DNA from: Paraspadella gotoi
Taxonomy: Eukaryota; Animalia; Chaetognatha
DNA: 64,000 nucleotides
NCBI GenBank assembly: GCA_051294375.1
Contig: CM119263.1
Location: forward strand, 10,160,620-10,224,619
Reading direction: 5' to 3'
Below, piece by piece: positions 17,361 to 29,678 of this stretch (positions are counted from its first letter, which is position 1; each line of letters opens with the position of its first letter). The notes under the pieces are model-generated. The model was given only the letters and a program-made list of their open reading frames with translations, ran no database searches and was not told where the DNA came from. The position numbers and the translations under genes were made by a program.

Positions 17361-19201
17361 TTCTCTCTCTTCTTTCTCTCACTTTCTCTCTCTCTTTCAC
17401 TTTTCGCTTTTCTTTCTCTACCCACTTTTTATTCACTTTCCGCTCTCTCTTCTCCTCTCTCATTTTCTTCTCTCTCTCTCTGTTCTCTCTCTCTTTCTTA
17501 CTTTTCTTTTCCTAACTTTCACATCCTTCTTTTTCTTAAGCCAAGTTGCCTCTTTTTCCCACCGAACCTTACTTTTCTTTAACCTTCCTCTTTTCACTAT
17601 TTTCAATGCTTCTCTTTTCCGCCCTCCCTCCCTCTACCCCTCTCAGNNNNNNNNNNNNNNNNNNNNNNNNNNNNNNNNNNNNNNNNNNNNNNNNNNNNNN
17701 NNNNNNNNNNNNNNNNNNNNNNNNNNNNNNNNNNNNNNNNNNNNNNNNNNNNNNNNNNNNNNNNNNNNNNNNNNNNNNNNNNNNNNNNNNNNNNNNNNNN
17801 NNNNNNNNNNNTCTTCATTTTCCCCTCGATGCTCTTTTTTTTTTCCTCCACCTCGTTTTGTTTGGTTCCCGCGGCTTCGTTGCAATTTTGTCAAAACTTG
17901 TTTGAATTGGTTGGCCTGGGGCCTTGACCGCGCCTTGGGGAAGGGTGGCTGACCGGATGGTGGTTCTTCGGAAGACGGTCAGGTGGTCAGGTCGTCAGTT
18001 TGGCGCCGAGCTTGTGTTTTTAAATTCGTGGNNNNNNNNNNTTGAGTCAAAGCCAGATGTCGCCTGGGCTAGTTAAACTCGGATAAAACGGGGCCCGTCA
18101 AAATCCGTATGTCGCCTAGGGAAAGTTAAACCCGGATGTAACCCGGATCGCGCTCTGGGTGAGTCACTCAAGAGAAAAGAATCGGCGGAATAGACTTTGG
18201 ATTAAAGCGACCGAAAAGAAGACGGGAGCAAAAAAAGCGGAAAAGAAAAAAAAAAGTTCTGCGGGTTTTAAGTAAACAAAGTCGAAGGGAAAAAAAATGA
18301 TGGGGCTGGGGAGGAAGCGATGCTGCGGAAGGAAGATGTAGACGGGAAGATGATTCCGGGTAATAATGATGATGTCGATTATGATTTCGAAAACAAATGA
18401 CGATCAACGATTTCCAAGATGAAATCTTCGGCTAAAAATAGTCGAAGCCAACGAGGAACATCACCGAAACGAGATGGAAAACCCCGAGGAAGACGAGAAG
18501 GAAAAATAGCGGTCAGCACCGATGGGAAAAAAACAAAAACAGTTGTGTAGACTCATAAAACTGATAAAACTCATGAGACTAATAAACCCCGTCGCCGTTA
18601 AACAGGGAAAAAAAAACTCTTTGTCTCTGGTAAAAAAAAAAATGAAGTCCTAGGAATGGGCGCCACACGCCAGAGTCGCTGAGCAGACTCTGCGTTTCGA
18701 AAGAGAAGAGGAGAGAGGATATCGTACGACTCGAGAGTACGTACAGGGTGAATCCTGAACACAAGTCGTACATGTTGAAGAATGCACCCTATGAAAGAGT
18801 TTCATCGAGTTCCGGACACGAATAGATGTCGTCGGATTGGAAAAGACTCAGTGCGCATGCGCTGTTTTCCAAATGACAGAAGCGAAAAAACTGGATTGCG
18901 GATTATGGTTGTTGTTGTTTTTGTTGTTGTTGTTTGTGTTTTTGTTGTTGTTGTTTGTGTTGTTGTTGTTGTTGTTAGGGGTGTATTCGTATGCAGGAAT
19001 CTCAAGGGTGGTTGTACCGATAAAATTCGCTGTTGTGACATTTTAAACATTTGAAAATTGTAACGTTCTGGTTCCCGTTATTTGCTCGGGATGATGTACT
19101 AACGTAAACAAATATTGTTCATTTCCGCGACATGAAATCTCTCCAGACGAAACCGACGTGACCTCTGTCGAGACTGACGTTCCCGACGCAGGGACCGACC
19201 G

Positions 19202-19232
<31 letters not shown>

Positions 19233-19522
19233 TCAGACCAACGCCGACACCCAGAAACGATAAAAAGAAATCCTTTCCGGCAGAAAAAACAGATAAACAA
19301 AATGGATTCGATACATCATAACCAGTTCGTTGGAGGAGGGGGGCGGGGNNNNNNNNNNNNNNNNNNNNNNNNNGAGGGGGTGAGTGGGGAAAGGTCGACG
19401 TGATGTGAAAATGAGATCGGGAAAACGTGACGAGAAGAGATAAACCTTTGGAGTGAGAAGAGGCTGGGGCAGATGTGTGAGTTGTGAGAGAGAGAATGAC
19501 GCTGAGGTCACTGAGGCGAGAG

Positions 19523-19576
<54 letters not shown>

Positions 19577-20108
19577 GAGAGAAGAGCAGTAGACGAGAGA
19601 GAGAGAGAAGAGTGAGCAAGAACGATAGAGAGATAGAGACAAGGAGAGAGAGAGAGAGTTACCCGCGGCGGGTGAGAGACTTCCATTTACTTTTTGTTTT
19701 GATTGATGTCGGAGGAAGCAATAAAAAAAGCGGACGTCGGAAAAAGAAAACAGAAAATGTAGAGAAAGAAGAAAAGAAATAAGGAGCGATGACGAGTTCG
19801 AAGTTGGAATTAAAGAGAAATATATATCAATACTCATAATCATTATCATAATTCGTGTGAGAAATCAAAAACCATCATCTTTATATCATTATTCTTAATA
19901 CTGTTTTTTCCCCCCAAAAAAGTTTTTTTCTTAAAAAAATTGAAACAATGTCAAAAATTTTGAAGAAGAAAAAAAGAGGGAGAGGAAAAAAAAGTGGAAC
20001 GAGTTCGAGGCTCAGTTTCTAATCAAGACAAGAAAAGAGCAAGAAACAATGGCGCGAAAAAAAATGTAATAGAATAAAGTGACAAAAGAGAGGAGTGAGA
20101 GAGGAGAG

Positions 20109-20167
<59 letters not shown>

Positions 20168-20365
20168 CAGAGAGAGAGAGAGAGAGAGAAGGGTCAGAGA
20201 CGAGCGTGAATGGTTCAACGTTTTTCGACGCAGAGAGAAGAGTCGAACAAAACAATAAAGCATAAAAACTGCTGTCATAAATCGACGAAAATTAGTGACA
20301 AAACTGGGAACAAAAATTGGGCCATAAAAGTCTCCGGCCTCAAAATTCTATTGTGTGATTGAGAA

Positions 20366-20426
<61 letters not shown>

Positions 20427-20889
20427 AGAAGAGAGAGAGAAAAAAAATGTACGTAATTAAAACAAAAAATTGTTAACGGAAAACCTAAAGATTTTATTTC
20501 CCTCGTACCTTGACTAAGCGAAGGATTGTACCCGAGACTTAGTAGGAGCTAACGATGCCAACAACCACGTCAAAGACGACGCCAACGACGACGCCAACGA
20601 CGACGCCAACAACCACGCCAACGACAAGAAGGAATGTGGGCCAATAATTCAAGGGTTTATCGAAAAGACAATCTTCGGTCTGGACGTCAAAAGGGAGAAG
20701 CGACTCCGCCCGACCTTGGAGGAGGATTTTGGAGGTGGGGTGGGGGAGTTTTGGGGTGGCGAGGCGGTCGTGTGGTGGGGTGGAAGGATGTGGCGGTTCG
20801 AGAAGTGGTTTACGGGAAAGATTCTTGGTTTCAGTTGGAAAAAAATTGATATTAAATACCAAATAAATATATCGGAAATGAAAAAGGAG

Positions 20890-21062
<173 letters not shown>

Positions 21063-21361
21063 AAAGTGACACAAAAGGAGATAAGGTTTTGCGCCAAAAA
21101 CTTTTGAGCCCAATATATTCGTTTTCATCGGAAAACTCATCAGAAACTCGAAGAAACGCCGAGGACGAATCTATGGAGGAGAAATAAAAAGAGAGAAAAA
21201 CAAAAAAAAAAACAAAAAAAAACATTTACGACGACAACAACAAAAAACAACAAAGACGAATTCGTTTTATTTTTTTTTGTCTCTCTCTTGGTTTTTATTG
21301 GTTCAAGAATCGACATCGGAAAAGAAATCAATTTTACGTTTCAGCGAAGGGTGAAAGAGAA

Positions 21362-21403
<42 letters not shown>

Positions 21404-21869
21404 GATAGAGAGAGAGAGAGACAGAGAGAAAAGATAGAGAGAAAAGATAGAGAGAACAATATCTATTCTACCAGGCCTCGTGACATAAAAATGGGATTTG
21501 AAGCTGCTGATGATGATGACGACGACGACGCCTTTCAGCCCAGGCTCCCTTCCCTTCCCTCTTTCAAAATTCATTCATGCTTCAGTGATCATTAGATTTT
21601 ATTACTTTTCTAACTGTCACAAAATCTGTTTCATCATCGACACGGTCGCCCGTTGTCGTCGTCGTCGCCATCGTCGCCGGCCCCCAGCAACTTCCTCTCC
21701 CGTTTTCAAAAAGAATTCACGAAAAAGTTGTTATTTAAATCGAATTAAAGTTTTTCTAAAAATTTTATGACTTTTTGGGGTCGACCTTCCCTCATGTAAA
21801 ATTCAAGAAAAATAATTCGCGTGTATGTCATCTCTCCATCGGGTTTTTTTATTATATCTGTCTCTCTTC

Positions 21870-21988
<119 letters not shown>

Positions 21989-22396
21989 GTATATACAGTG
22001 AACGATTCTCTTTTATTGTGCCGTCGAAACGAAACATAAAATAGAAGTGGAGGCGCCAATCATTGCTCATCATCCGTTCGGCGATCCAATCAGCTAATCA
22101 TTAAGCTCATGCCAAGCACTCGCGGACGCCAAGCTTTTCGCGTGCCAAGCCCATCGGCGCGCGCCAAACGTCTTCGAGCGCGTGCGCTCGCACCAATCGC
22201 CGTTAATTTCCGGCGCGCTTTCGCTCTCTCGGGGCGCGGCGTCGGTGTTCGGCGTTTCTCGACGCCGCTTGGCGCTTTTCCACGCCGGTCGCTGCTGCCG
22301 AACCGGAAACTGGGGAGAGCGGCGCCGAGATTCCGCGGCTTCGCTTTTTCTTTAATCGTTTTCGCGGTCATTAGGCGACGGCGCTGGGGGGCCCGG

Positions 22397-22497
22397 CTTC
22401 TTCTTCTTCTTCTTCTTCTTCTTCTTCTTCTTCTTCTTCTTCTTCTTCTTCTTCTTCTTCTTCTTCTTCTTCTTCTTCTTCGTCGTCGTCGTCGTCG
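22397..22497. repeat. (CTT)n microsatellite followed by (CGT)n
   Basis: Directly visible in the sequence. Confidence 0.98.
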
Positions 22498-23524
22498 AGT
22501 AGTTTTAGTCGTCACCCTATCGGCGATTTCGTCGTTTCGCTGTTCTTGTTATTCTTTTTTAGAAAACATTGTCTTCGTCGTCATCGAAGTTCGCATTGAA
22601 ATATATATATATATAAAGATATATCTCGTCTTCAGTTTTCCTTGCAACCTTCATCGTCCGTTTCGTCGTCGTCGTCGTCGTCATCATCACGGTCGTCATC
22701 GTCGTCGTCGTTATCGCCATCGTCGGCGTCTCTTTCGTTGCGCCCATGGCCTCCATTAGCGCCGCCGTCTTCGTAGCCAAACGACGGGAAAAGGACATCA
22801 TCTTTGTTTCGTTAATGCGGGTTTTTTTTTTTTCGGGAAAGAGGGGAAAGACGAAAGGATGAGATTGGGAGTTTGGAGTTTTTGTTAGTGTCTCAGTGAA
22901 TATCTTAGTCTTACGGAGTGAAAGAAAGAAGCTCTGACACTCTTTTGATAAAATACAAATGAAAGCCGACCTGTTACTAAAGAGTTTTTAACAATTTCTG
23001 TCAAATACATACTCGTCAATTTTCATGGATGATTTTAACTCATACTAAAAATAGTTTTTCTTGCAACCTTGTCCTCTAAGAGAAATCTTCATTATAATAT
23101 TATATAATAAATATAAATTATTATATTATGAAATTGGTACAACCAATATAATATATATAATATAAGAAAGATATAATAAAATTCTCGCATCCGAGAGCAG
23201 TTCTTTCTCTCTCCTCCCTTTCTTTTCCTCATCCTCTTTACTTTTCCATACTTTTATCTTTTTCTGGTCATTCCTATTTCGCCGAACCGCTATTTGAATC
23301 GTAGTGACAAAGTAGATTAATGACGAATTTGACTCTAAAAAAAAAACCAGGGGTAAAAATCTAAAACGGGTAAGAATTTGGGAAAGTGCAAACTTCGGAG
23401 GTTTTCAAGGTTTTGACTCTTTCTTTAGCTTCTTCCAGTTTCGACAATCGATTCTCGCATCGGACAAGAAATTAACGTCTTTTCTCTTCTCATTCTCTTC
23501 CAGCCCTCACTTTTTTCTTTTTTC

Positions 23525-23728
23525 TTTTTTAGTTGCGCCGCGAGTAATCGCGGAGGAACTCTGTAAGTCACTTTTCGGTCGGTCTGTCCGTCGGTCGATC
23601 GGTCCGTCGGTATGTCTGTCCGTCGGTCTGTCCCACTAAGGTTAAAAATGCTTATAACTTGCCTATAGTTTGTTGCTCATTTGTTAAAAATCAAATCTAA
23701 GCGACTACTGGCGCCGCCTTTTGTTTTT
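23525..23728 (+). mobile_element. HINE/DINE-1-like non-autonomous Helentron-associated element (~200 bp)
   Basis: Starts TTTTTAGTTGCG, contains a (GTCG/GTCC/GTCT)n tetranucleotide tract at 23575-23633, and ends GCGACTA...GGCGCCGCCTTTTGTTT. TAGTTGC and GCGACTA are near-inverted, and both termini are T-rich, matching the described HINE architecture. Confidence 0.6.
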
Positions 23729-23838
23729 AAAGAAATCTGATAAACTATAAGGAATAAATGACATGATAAGTAAAAAAAAGTAATGCGGCGCAACACCTTG
23801 GAAAAACCGTTCCTTGTTTCCTTAACTTTTTTCTCTCT

Positions 23839-23880
<42 letters not shown>

Positions 23881-24033
23881 CTCTCTCTCTTTTAGCTGAA
23901 TAAGTTTTTTCCGAAGCAGCGAAGATTTTCTCTTCTTTTTTCGCCTCCATTTGTTTTCGGTTTTTTTCCTTTTGTCTTTTCACCCCTCTTCTTTCTGCTC
24001 TGGTTCCACGGATTCTTTTCGATCTCTCTCTCC

Positions 24034-24066
<33 letters not shown>

Positions 24067-25414
24067 TCTCCGCATCTCTCTCTGTCTCTCTCTATCGTCC
24101 TCTCTCTCTCTCTCTCGTTTCCAGCGCTCATTTTCTATTTTCTTCTCTATCTTTTGTCTTTAAGATGATTAGTGCTTTTTTCAAACTTTTTCCTGTTTTT
24201 TTTTATCTCCTTAATTCTTTGTAGGATTTCCGTCGTATTTCATCTTTGTTTCTATTTTTACTTTTTTTCCCTTCAAACGGTAATCGGATTTAGCCAAGAA
24301 AAAAGATAAATATTAAAATTTACGCGTTTAATTTTTTTTTCTGGGGAAAGACAGGGGAGAGGGGGGGGGAATAAAAATTCCGTGGGCGTTTCCGAAGATG
24401 AATTCAATTCTGTACAACTTTCATTTTCTTTGTCGCTGATAGTTTTTTCTCAACCACCACTCAGGCCTAGAAAGCCCTCTCTCTCTCTATCATAATGAAT
24501 TTCAAATATATCCTTTGCTTTTCGAGTCCGATTTCATTTTCAAAAATTCAAACTTTACCTTTAATTTTAAAAATCTCAAACTCGTTCTAAAATCAAAACT
24601 AAACGTCTTTTTAAATTTTTTTTTTCGGATCTCGTCATCAATGCCCGATCCTTTCCGCTCCTTTGAACTCTCTCCCTATCTTTCCCCGAGTTTAGCTCCT
24701 TGGAACCACTTTCGCTCCTTCGAACCGCGTCCGCTCCTTCGATCAAGCAGCGCCCTCTTCTCCATTAACGTTCTCGGCGGCGAAATCTTTTGTTCAACGA
24801 CGTCGCGGCTAAAACTATGAGAGCCTCCATAACGACTCCCTGGAGTGGGGCCCGGTGGCCGGGGGAAGATTCCCAGGCGGGAGATGAGGAGGCGGAATCC
24901 GCGGAATGGTGGAGCTCGGGATCCCTGGAGTGTGACTCCACGACAGGGTTGGGGTGCTGCGGGAGGCGAGGCGGGGCTGGAAGGAGGAGTCGTTGACAGT
25001 GGAAAGGATGACGTGAGAAAAGAGTGGAAGATGCTGACGAACTAAGGAGCGAGACGAATGATCATTGACGAAGAAAATCCAGAAAAGAATAAGGATTCCC
25101 GAAAATGGAATTCAAGCTGAGGAGATTAAGGTCAAGATTAGGATTGATGTCAAGATTAAGGTCAAGATCGTTCGTTAAGACGCCGTTTGAAATGGGCAAC
25201 GGTCACTTGGCTGATCTCTTCGTCGCATCATCGCCCTCTCCTTCCTTNNNNNNNNNNNNNNNNNNNNNNNNNNNNNNNNNNNNNNNNNNNNNNNNNNNNN
25301 NNNNNNNNNNNNNNNNNNNNNNNNNNNNNNNNNNNNNNNNNNNNNNNNNNNNNNNNNNNNNNNNNNNNNNNNNNNNNNNNNNNNNNNNNNNNNNNNNNNN
25401 NNNNNNNNNNNNNN

Positions 25415-25446
<32 letters not shown>

Positions 25447-28080
25447 CCTTTCTCCCTTCCTCCCTTTCCCCGGCCAGTCACCAAAGTCATCAACGAGAAA
25501 AAGGAATTCGATTTTACGACCGAGAATTTAACTTAAATGTTCTTGCGTGGGAGAAGATGAAGGGAGAGGGAGGGAAAGAGGGAGGGAGGGAAAGAGGGAG
25601 GGAGGNNNNNNNNNNNNNNNNNNNNNNNNNNNNNNNNNNNNNNNNNNNNNNNNNNNNNNNNNNNNNNNNNNNNNNNNNNNNNNNNNNNNNNNNNNNNNNN
25701 NNNNNNNNNNNNNNNNNNNNNNNNNNNNNNNNNNNNNNNNNNNNNNNNNNNNNNNNNNNNNNNNNNNNNNNNNNNNNNNNNNNNNNNNNNNNNNNNNNNN
25801 NNNNNNNNNNNNNNNNNNNNNNNNNNNNNNNNNNNNNNNNNNNNNNNNNNNNNNNNNNNNNNNNNNNNNNNNNNNNNNNNNNNNNNNNNNNNNNNNNNNN
25901 NNNNNNNNNNNNNNNNNNNNNNNNNNNATGATGATGATGAGGATAATGATGATGTCGATGATGATAATGGATGATAATGGTGATCGCGATATCAGAGTAG
26001 AGAAAAAACATGACTTGGCATCAATCCTCTCGTGCAGTGAAAAAAAAAGAAAATGAGATAGAATATCTCGACAGTGAGAGACGCAGACGAACGCGACAAA
26101 CGTAACTAACAAAGAAAGTGGAATAAAATCTTCGTTCGCAAAGCAATTAGATGGGCTTTAGGCTTGTTGGAGTGAAACTGAAGGGAAATTAAAGGGAAAG
26201 GATCAAGAAGACCTCCGCCACTTGTATCTCTTCCGAAAAGGAAAGGCGTCGCAAAAAAAATATTTAATTATGAAGATGGATGTCCATCCTTATTTCTTTG
26301 ATTTAGTTGGATTGTAAGGAGAGGAGAAAGAAGAGAAGAGAGAGAGGGAGAGAGAAGGGAGAAGAGAGAGAGAGAGAGATCTGAGAGGAGAGAGAAGAGA
26401 AGAGAGTAGAGAGAGAGGACAGGAACAGACAGAGAGAGTTTGATCTCTCTCTTTNNNNNNNNNNNNNNNNNNNNNNNNNNNNNNNNNNNNNNNNNNNNNN
26501 NNNNNNNNNNNNNNNNNNNNNNNNNNNNNNNNNNNNNNNNNNNNNNNNNNNNNNNNNNNNNNNNNNNNNNNNNNNNNNNNNNNNNNNNNNNNNNNNNNNN
26601 NNNNNNNNNNNNNNNNNNNNNNNNNNNNNNNNNNNNNNNNNNNNNNNNNNNNNNNNNNNNNNNNNNNNNNNNNNNNNNNNNNNNNNNNNNNNNNNNNNNN
26701 NNNNNNNNNNNNNNNNNNNNNNNNNNNNNNNNNNNNNNNNNNNNNNNNNNNNNNNNNNNNNNNNNNNNNNNNNNNNNNNNNNNNNNNNNNNNNNNNNNNN
26801 NNNNNNNNNNNNNNNNNNNNNNNNNNNNNNNNNNNNNNNNNNNNNNNNNNNNNNNNNNNNNNNNNNNNNNNNCTACTCCCCATATACTATACCAATCATT
26901 TAAACTCTCTCTATCTTCCCCCAAATCAAAGAGGATTGTGGAATTGGTTGAAAACCAGAATTTCTCTCTTAAAGATAATGTTAACAAGTAACTATTAAAT
27001 GATATTAAAAGAAAAATATTTTTATGATGTATCTGGAATTGAAAAGTTCACTTCGCACTCACTTTAGACTTCGGTTCTTCAGTTGTGACCCGGAGGATCA
27101 TTGAAAAATTTCCTTTATATTTCTAAATCAACAAAATTTAAAAAAATATATATTAATAATAACTTTTAACCTTTATTAGAATTCTTTATCAAAATTTATA
27201 ATAAAAAACTATTTTATGTATAAAATTAAATACTTAAATGCTTGGCTGTGAAAAGTTGCCGTAGAAATTTATTTATAAGTAAGAAAAACGAATTTTATTC
27301 GTTAGAGCTTTATTTTATAAAAAGAGTTAAATTCACATACTCACATACTTCTCTCCCCCACCCCACCACCTCGCCCGGATCCACACCCAGGGGAAAAAAC
27401 AAAACTTCTTCGTTTGTTGACGACGCCTTCTCTTCGTCGAGACATTTCTCCTCGATTCTTTTCCATAATGCTCGCGACGGTCCTTGAGGCTCGATGATTA
27501 GCCGATGCTCGGGCGGGTCCAGATCAGTTTTAATTAGTTCAGCAAATGCTTATTCGAACTCGTTCGCAAGGGGTGGTCTAATTAATAAGTAGACCTCTCA
27601 AGGCGCAAACGGAAATAATATGTATTTCGCTAGGCGAGGCCGGGACTTAATATTATCTTCATTCAAATAACGCGTTTTCGTTTCACGATTCCTAGATTTA
27701 GGGTGCGTGGTGAAATATTGTTGTCAATCTACGCTTATCAAATCAGACGTTCAAATTATCATTCCAAGATTTGTATGAATCGAGAATATCTTAGCAATTC
27801 GCCTCGCCACGCCCCCGCTCCATGAGACAAAAGTTCCCGAGATTCTCATTAATTCACGGGGAGCAGGTGCGGCCACTTCATTCTCATTATTCCGCGAGTC
27901 TTTAAAACCGTTTATATATCATTATCGTCGCTGTAACGTTGTTGTCTAGACTCTTTTATTTACATTTTGGTCGGTCTGTCTGTTATTTTTTTTCTAGAGA
28001 TATCATAATTGAGCATCGAATTAAAACTCTATTGCATGTGGATATTCTATACAATGCTTTAATAATCTCTTCATACTCAC

Positions 28081-28280
28081 ATCTAACGGAGATCGTCCTC
28101 TGAGTCATCAGCGGCTGACGCCCGCGCAGGAAGTCGTTGGTCGCTAAGCAACGAAGCTTGTTGTTGTGATCGTTGCTAGGCGACGGGATCCAAGTCAACG
28201 TGGACGACGAGTTGCGCAGTTTGTGGATCGGAGAGAAGGCGTCGGCAGAGAAAGGATGGGACTCGGCCGTGATGGAATAT
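28081..28280 (-). CDS. Kirre/NEPH-like protein, exon encoding the second half of Ig domain 2 (CD80-like C2 type)
   Basis: Acceptor ctttttcatcctttag|A and donor AGAT|gtgagta. Translates YSITAESHPFSADAFSPIHKLRNSSSTLTWIPSPSNDHNNKLRCLATNDFLRGRQPLMTQRTISVR, containing the SxLxxxP...DHNxxLxCxAxN motif of nephrin/Kirre Ig2. Confidence 0.85.
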
Positions 28281-29182
28281 CTAAAGGATGAAAAAGACGA
28301 GAGATACAATCTCTCTCTCTCTCTCTCTCTAACGTCTTCCGAACGCAGAAACGGAAAGAGATTCTGGTCAAGCCGGTAAAAAAAAACTCGTTCTTCTTTT
28401 ACATTACAAACCAGGGCAAGATCGAAGTCTTTAACATTTTTATAGGCGGAAGGGAGAGCGTCTGGAGTTGGGACCGGTGCCCATTTAGGGGAGATACGAG
28501 GTTGAAACGGGGAAGAGCAAGCAGAGGGAATCTTAGCGGAAAGAATTAGGAAAAAATGAGAAGATAAGGAGGCGAGAGAGAGAGAAGAGATGATAACGGA
28601 GAGAGAGATGAGAGAGGAGAGAGAGAGAGGAGAGAGAGAAGGAGAAGCAGAGAAGAGAGAGGAGAGAGGAGACAGAGCAAGAAGCCCACCTCTATTTAGG
28701 ATCTCATAAAATCTTCCTTTGTAAGCCTTAAGTTCGATATGCCCCGTGTGTTTCACGGAAAGAGAGAGAGAGAGCAGAGAGAGAGAAGACGACAGAGGAG
28801 AAGGAGTAGAGAGAAGAGAGGAAGNNNNNNNNNNNNNNNNNNNNNNNNNTTCAACCTCTCTCCTAATGCACGGTCCCAACTCCCGACCTCTTCCTCCGCC
28901 TATAAAACTGTAAAACTTCGATATTCCCGGTTTTAACGATTTTTTTACGCTGAAAATCTCTTCCGTTCTGTTCGGACGTTAAAAACCTCGATATGCCCGG
29001 TTTTAACGAGATTTCGTAAAAATCTCAGGAAGAAACAAAAGACTGCAGTAGTTTTCATTTTAAATAAGGAGCCGAGGGTTGCCAGGCAACGTAGGTTTTG
29101 ATATCGTTTGAGCCACGTGCTCTTTCGTTTATACGTTATGAATAACCCCTCCATAATTTAAACCAAAGCCTTAGATTATGCA

Positions 29183-29678
29183 TGTAAAAGCATAAAGTTA
29201 CTTCCTCATGTTATGATAAATGAACAATTCAACTGAAAATGTTCTTCACGCTTTTTTGACTTTGGTGGTGAACTTTGTATGAATTTGTATGAATTCCCTC
29301 AGCATTTTGTCCTCTCCTACGTATGAATGAAACCTTTTATAAATAGAACTAAATAAATAAATAAATAAATAAGGATAAATATAATAAATAAATAAATAAA
29401 TAAATAAATAAATAGATAAATAGATAAATAAATAAGAGTTATTAATGGTATTAATTAATTAACTTAATTAATTAATTAATTAATTAATTCATTAGAATAA
29501 TAGAAGGTTTCATTCATACTCGTAGGAGAGCGACCAAATATGCTGCCAGCGGTAATTTCATACAAATTCATACAACAGCTTCACCACCAAAGTCAAAAAA
29601 AGCGTGATAGGAACATTTTCCAGTTGAAATGTTCATTTATCGATAACATGGAGGAAGGTAAATTTTATGCCTTTTACA
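29183..29678. mobile_element. Foldback/MITE-like element with ~160-bp inverted arms around an (AAAT)n/(TTAA)n spacer
   Basis: 29183-29340 (TGTAAAAGCATAAAG...) is the reverse complement of 29500-29678 (...TTTATGCCTTTTACA). The element is absent from the corresponding site at 33496-33516 in the second copy. Confidence 0.65.

Noticed and set aside
24790-25045. GC-rich island with short ORFs
   Set aside because: No recognisable domain and no consistent splice sites.
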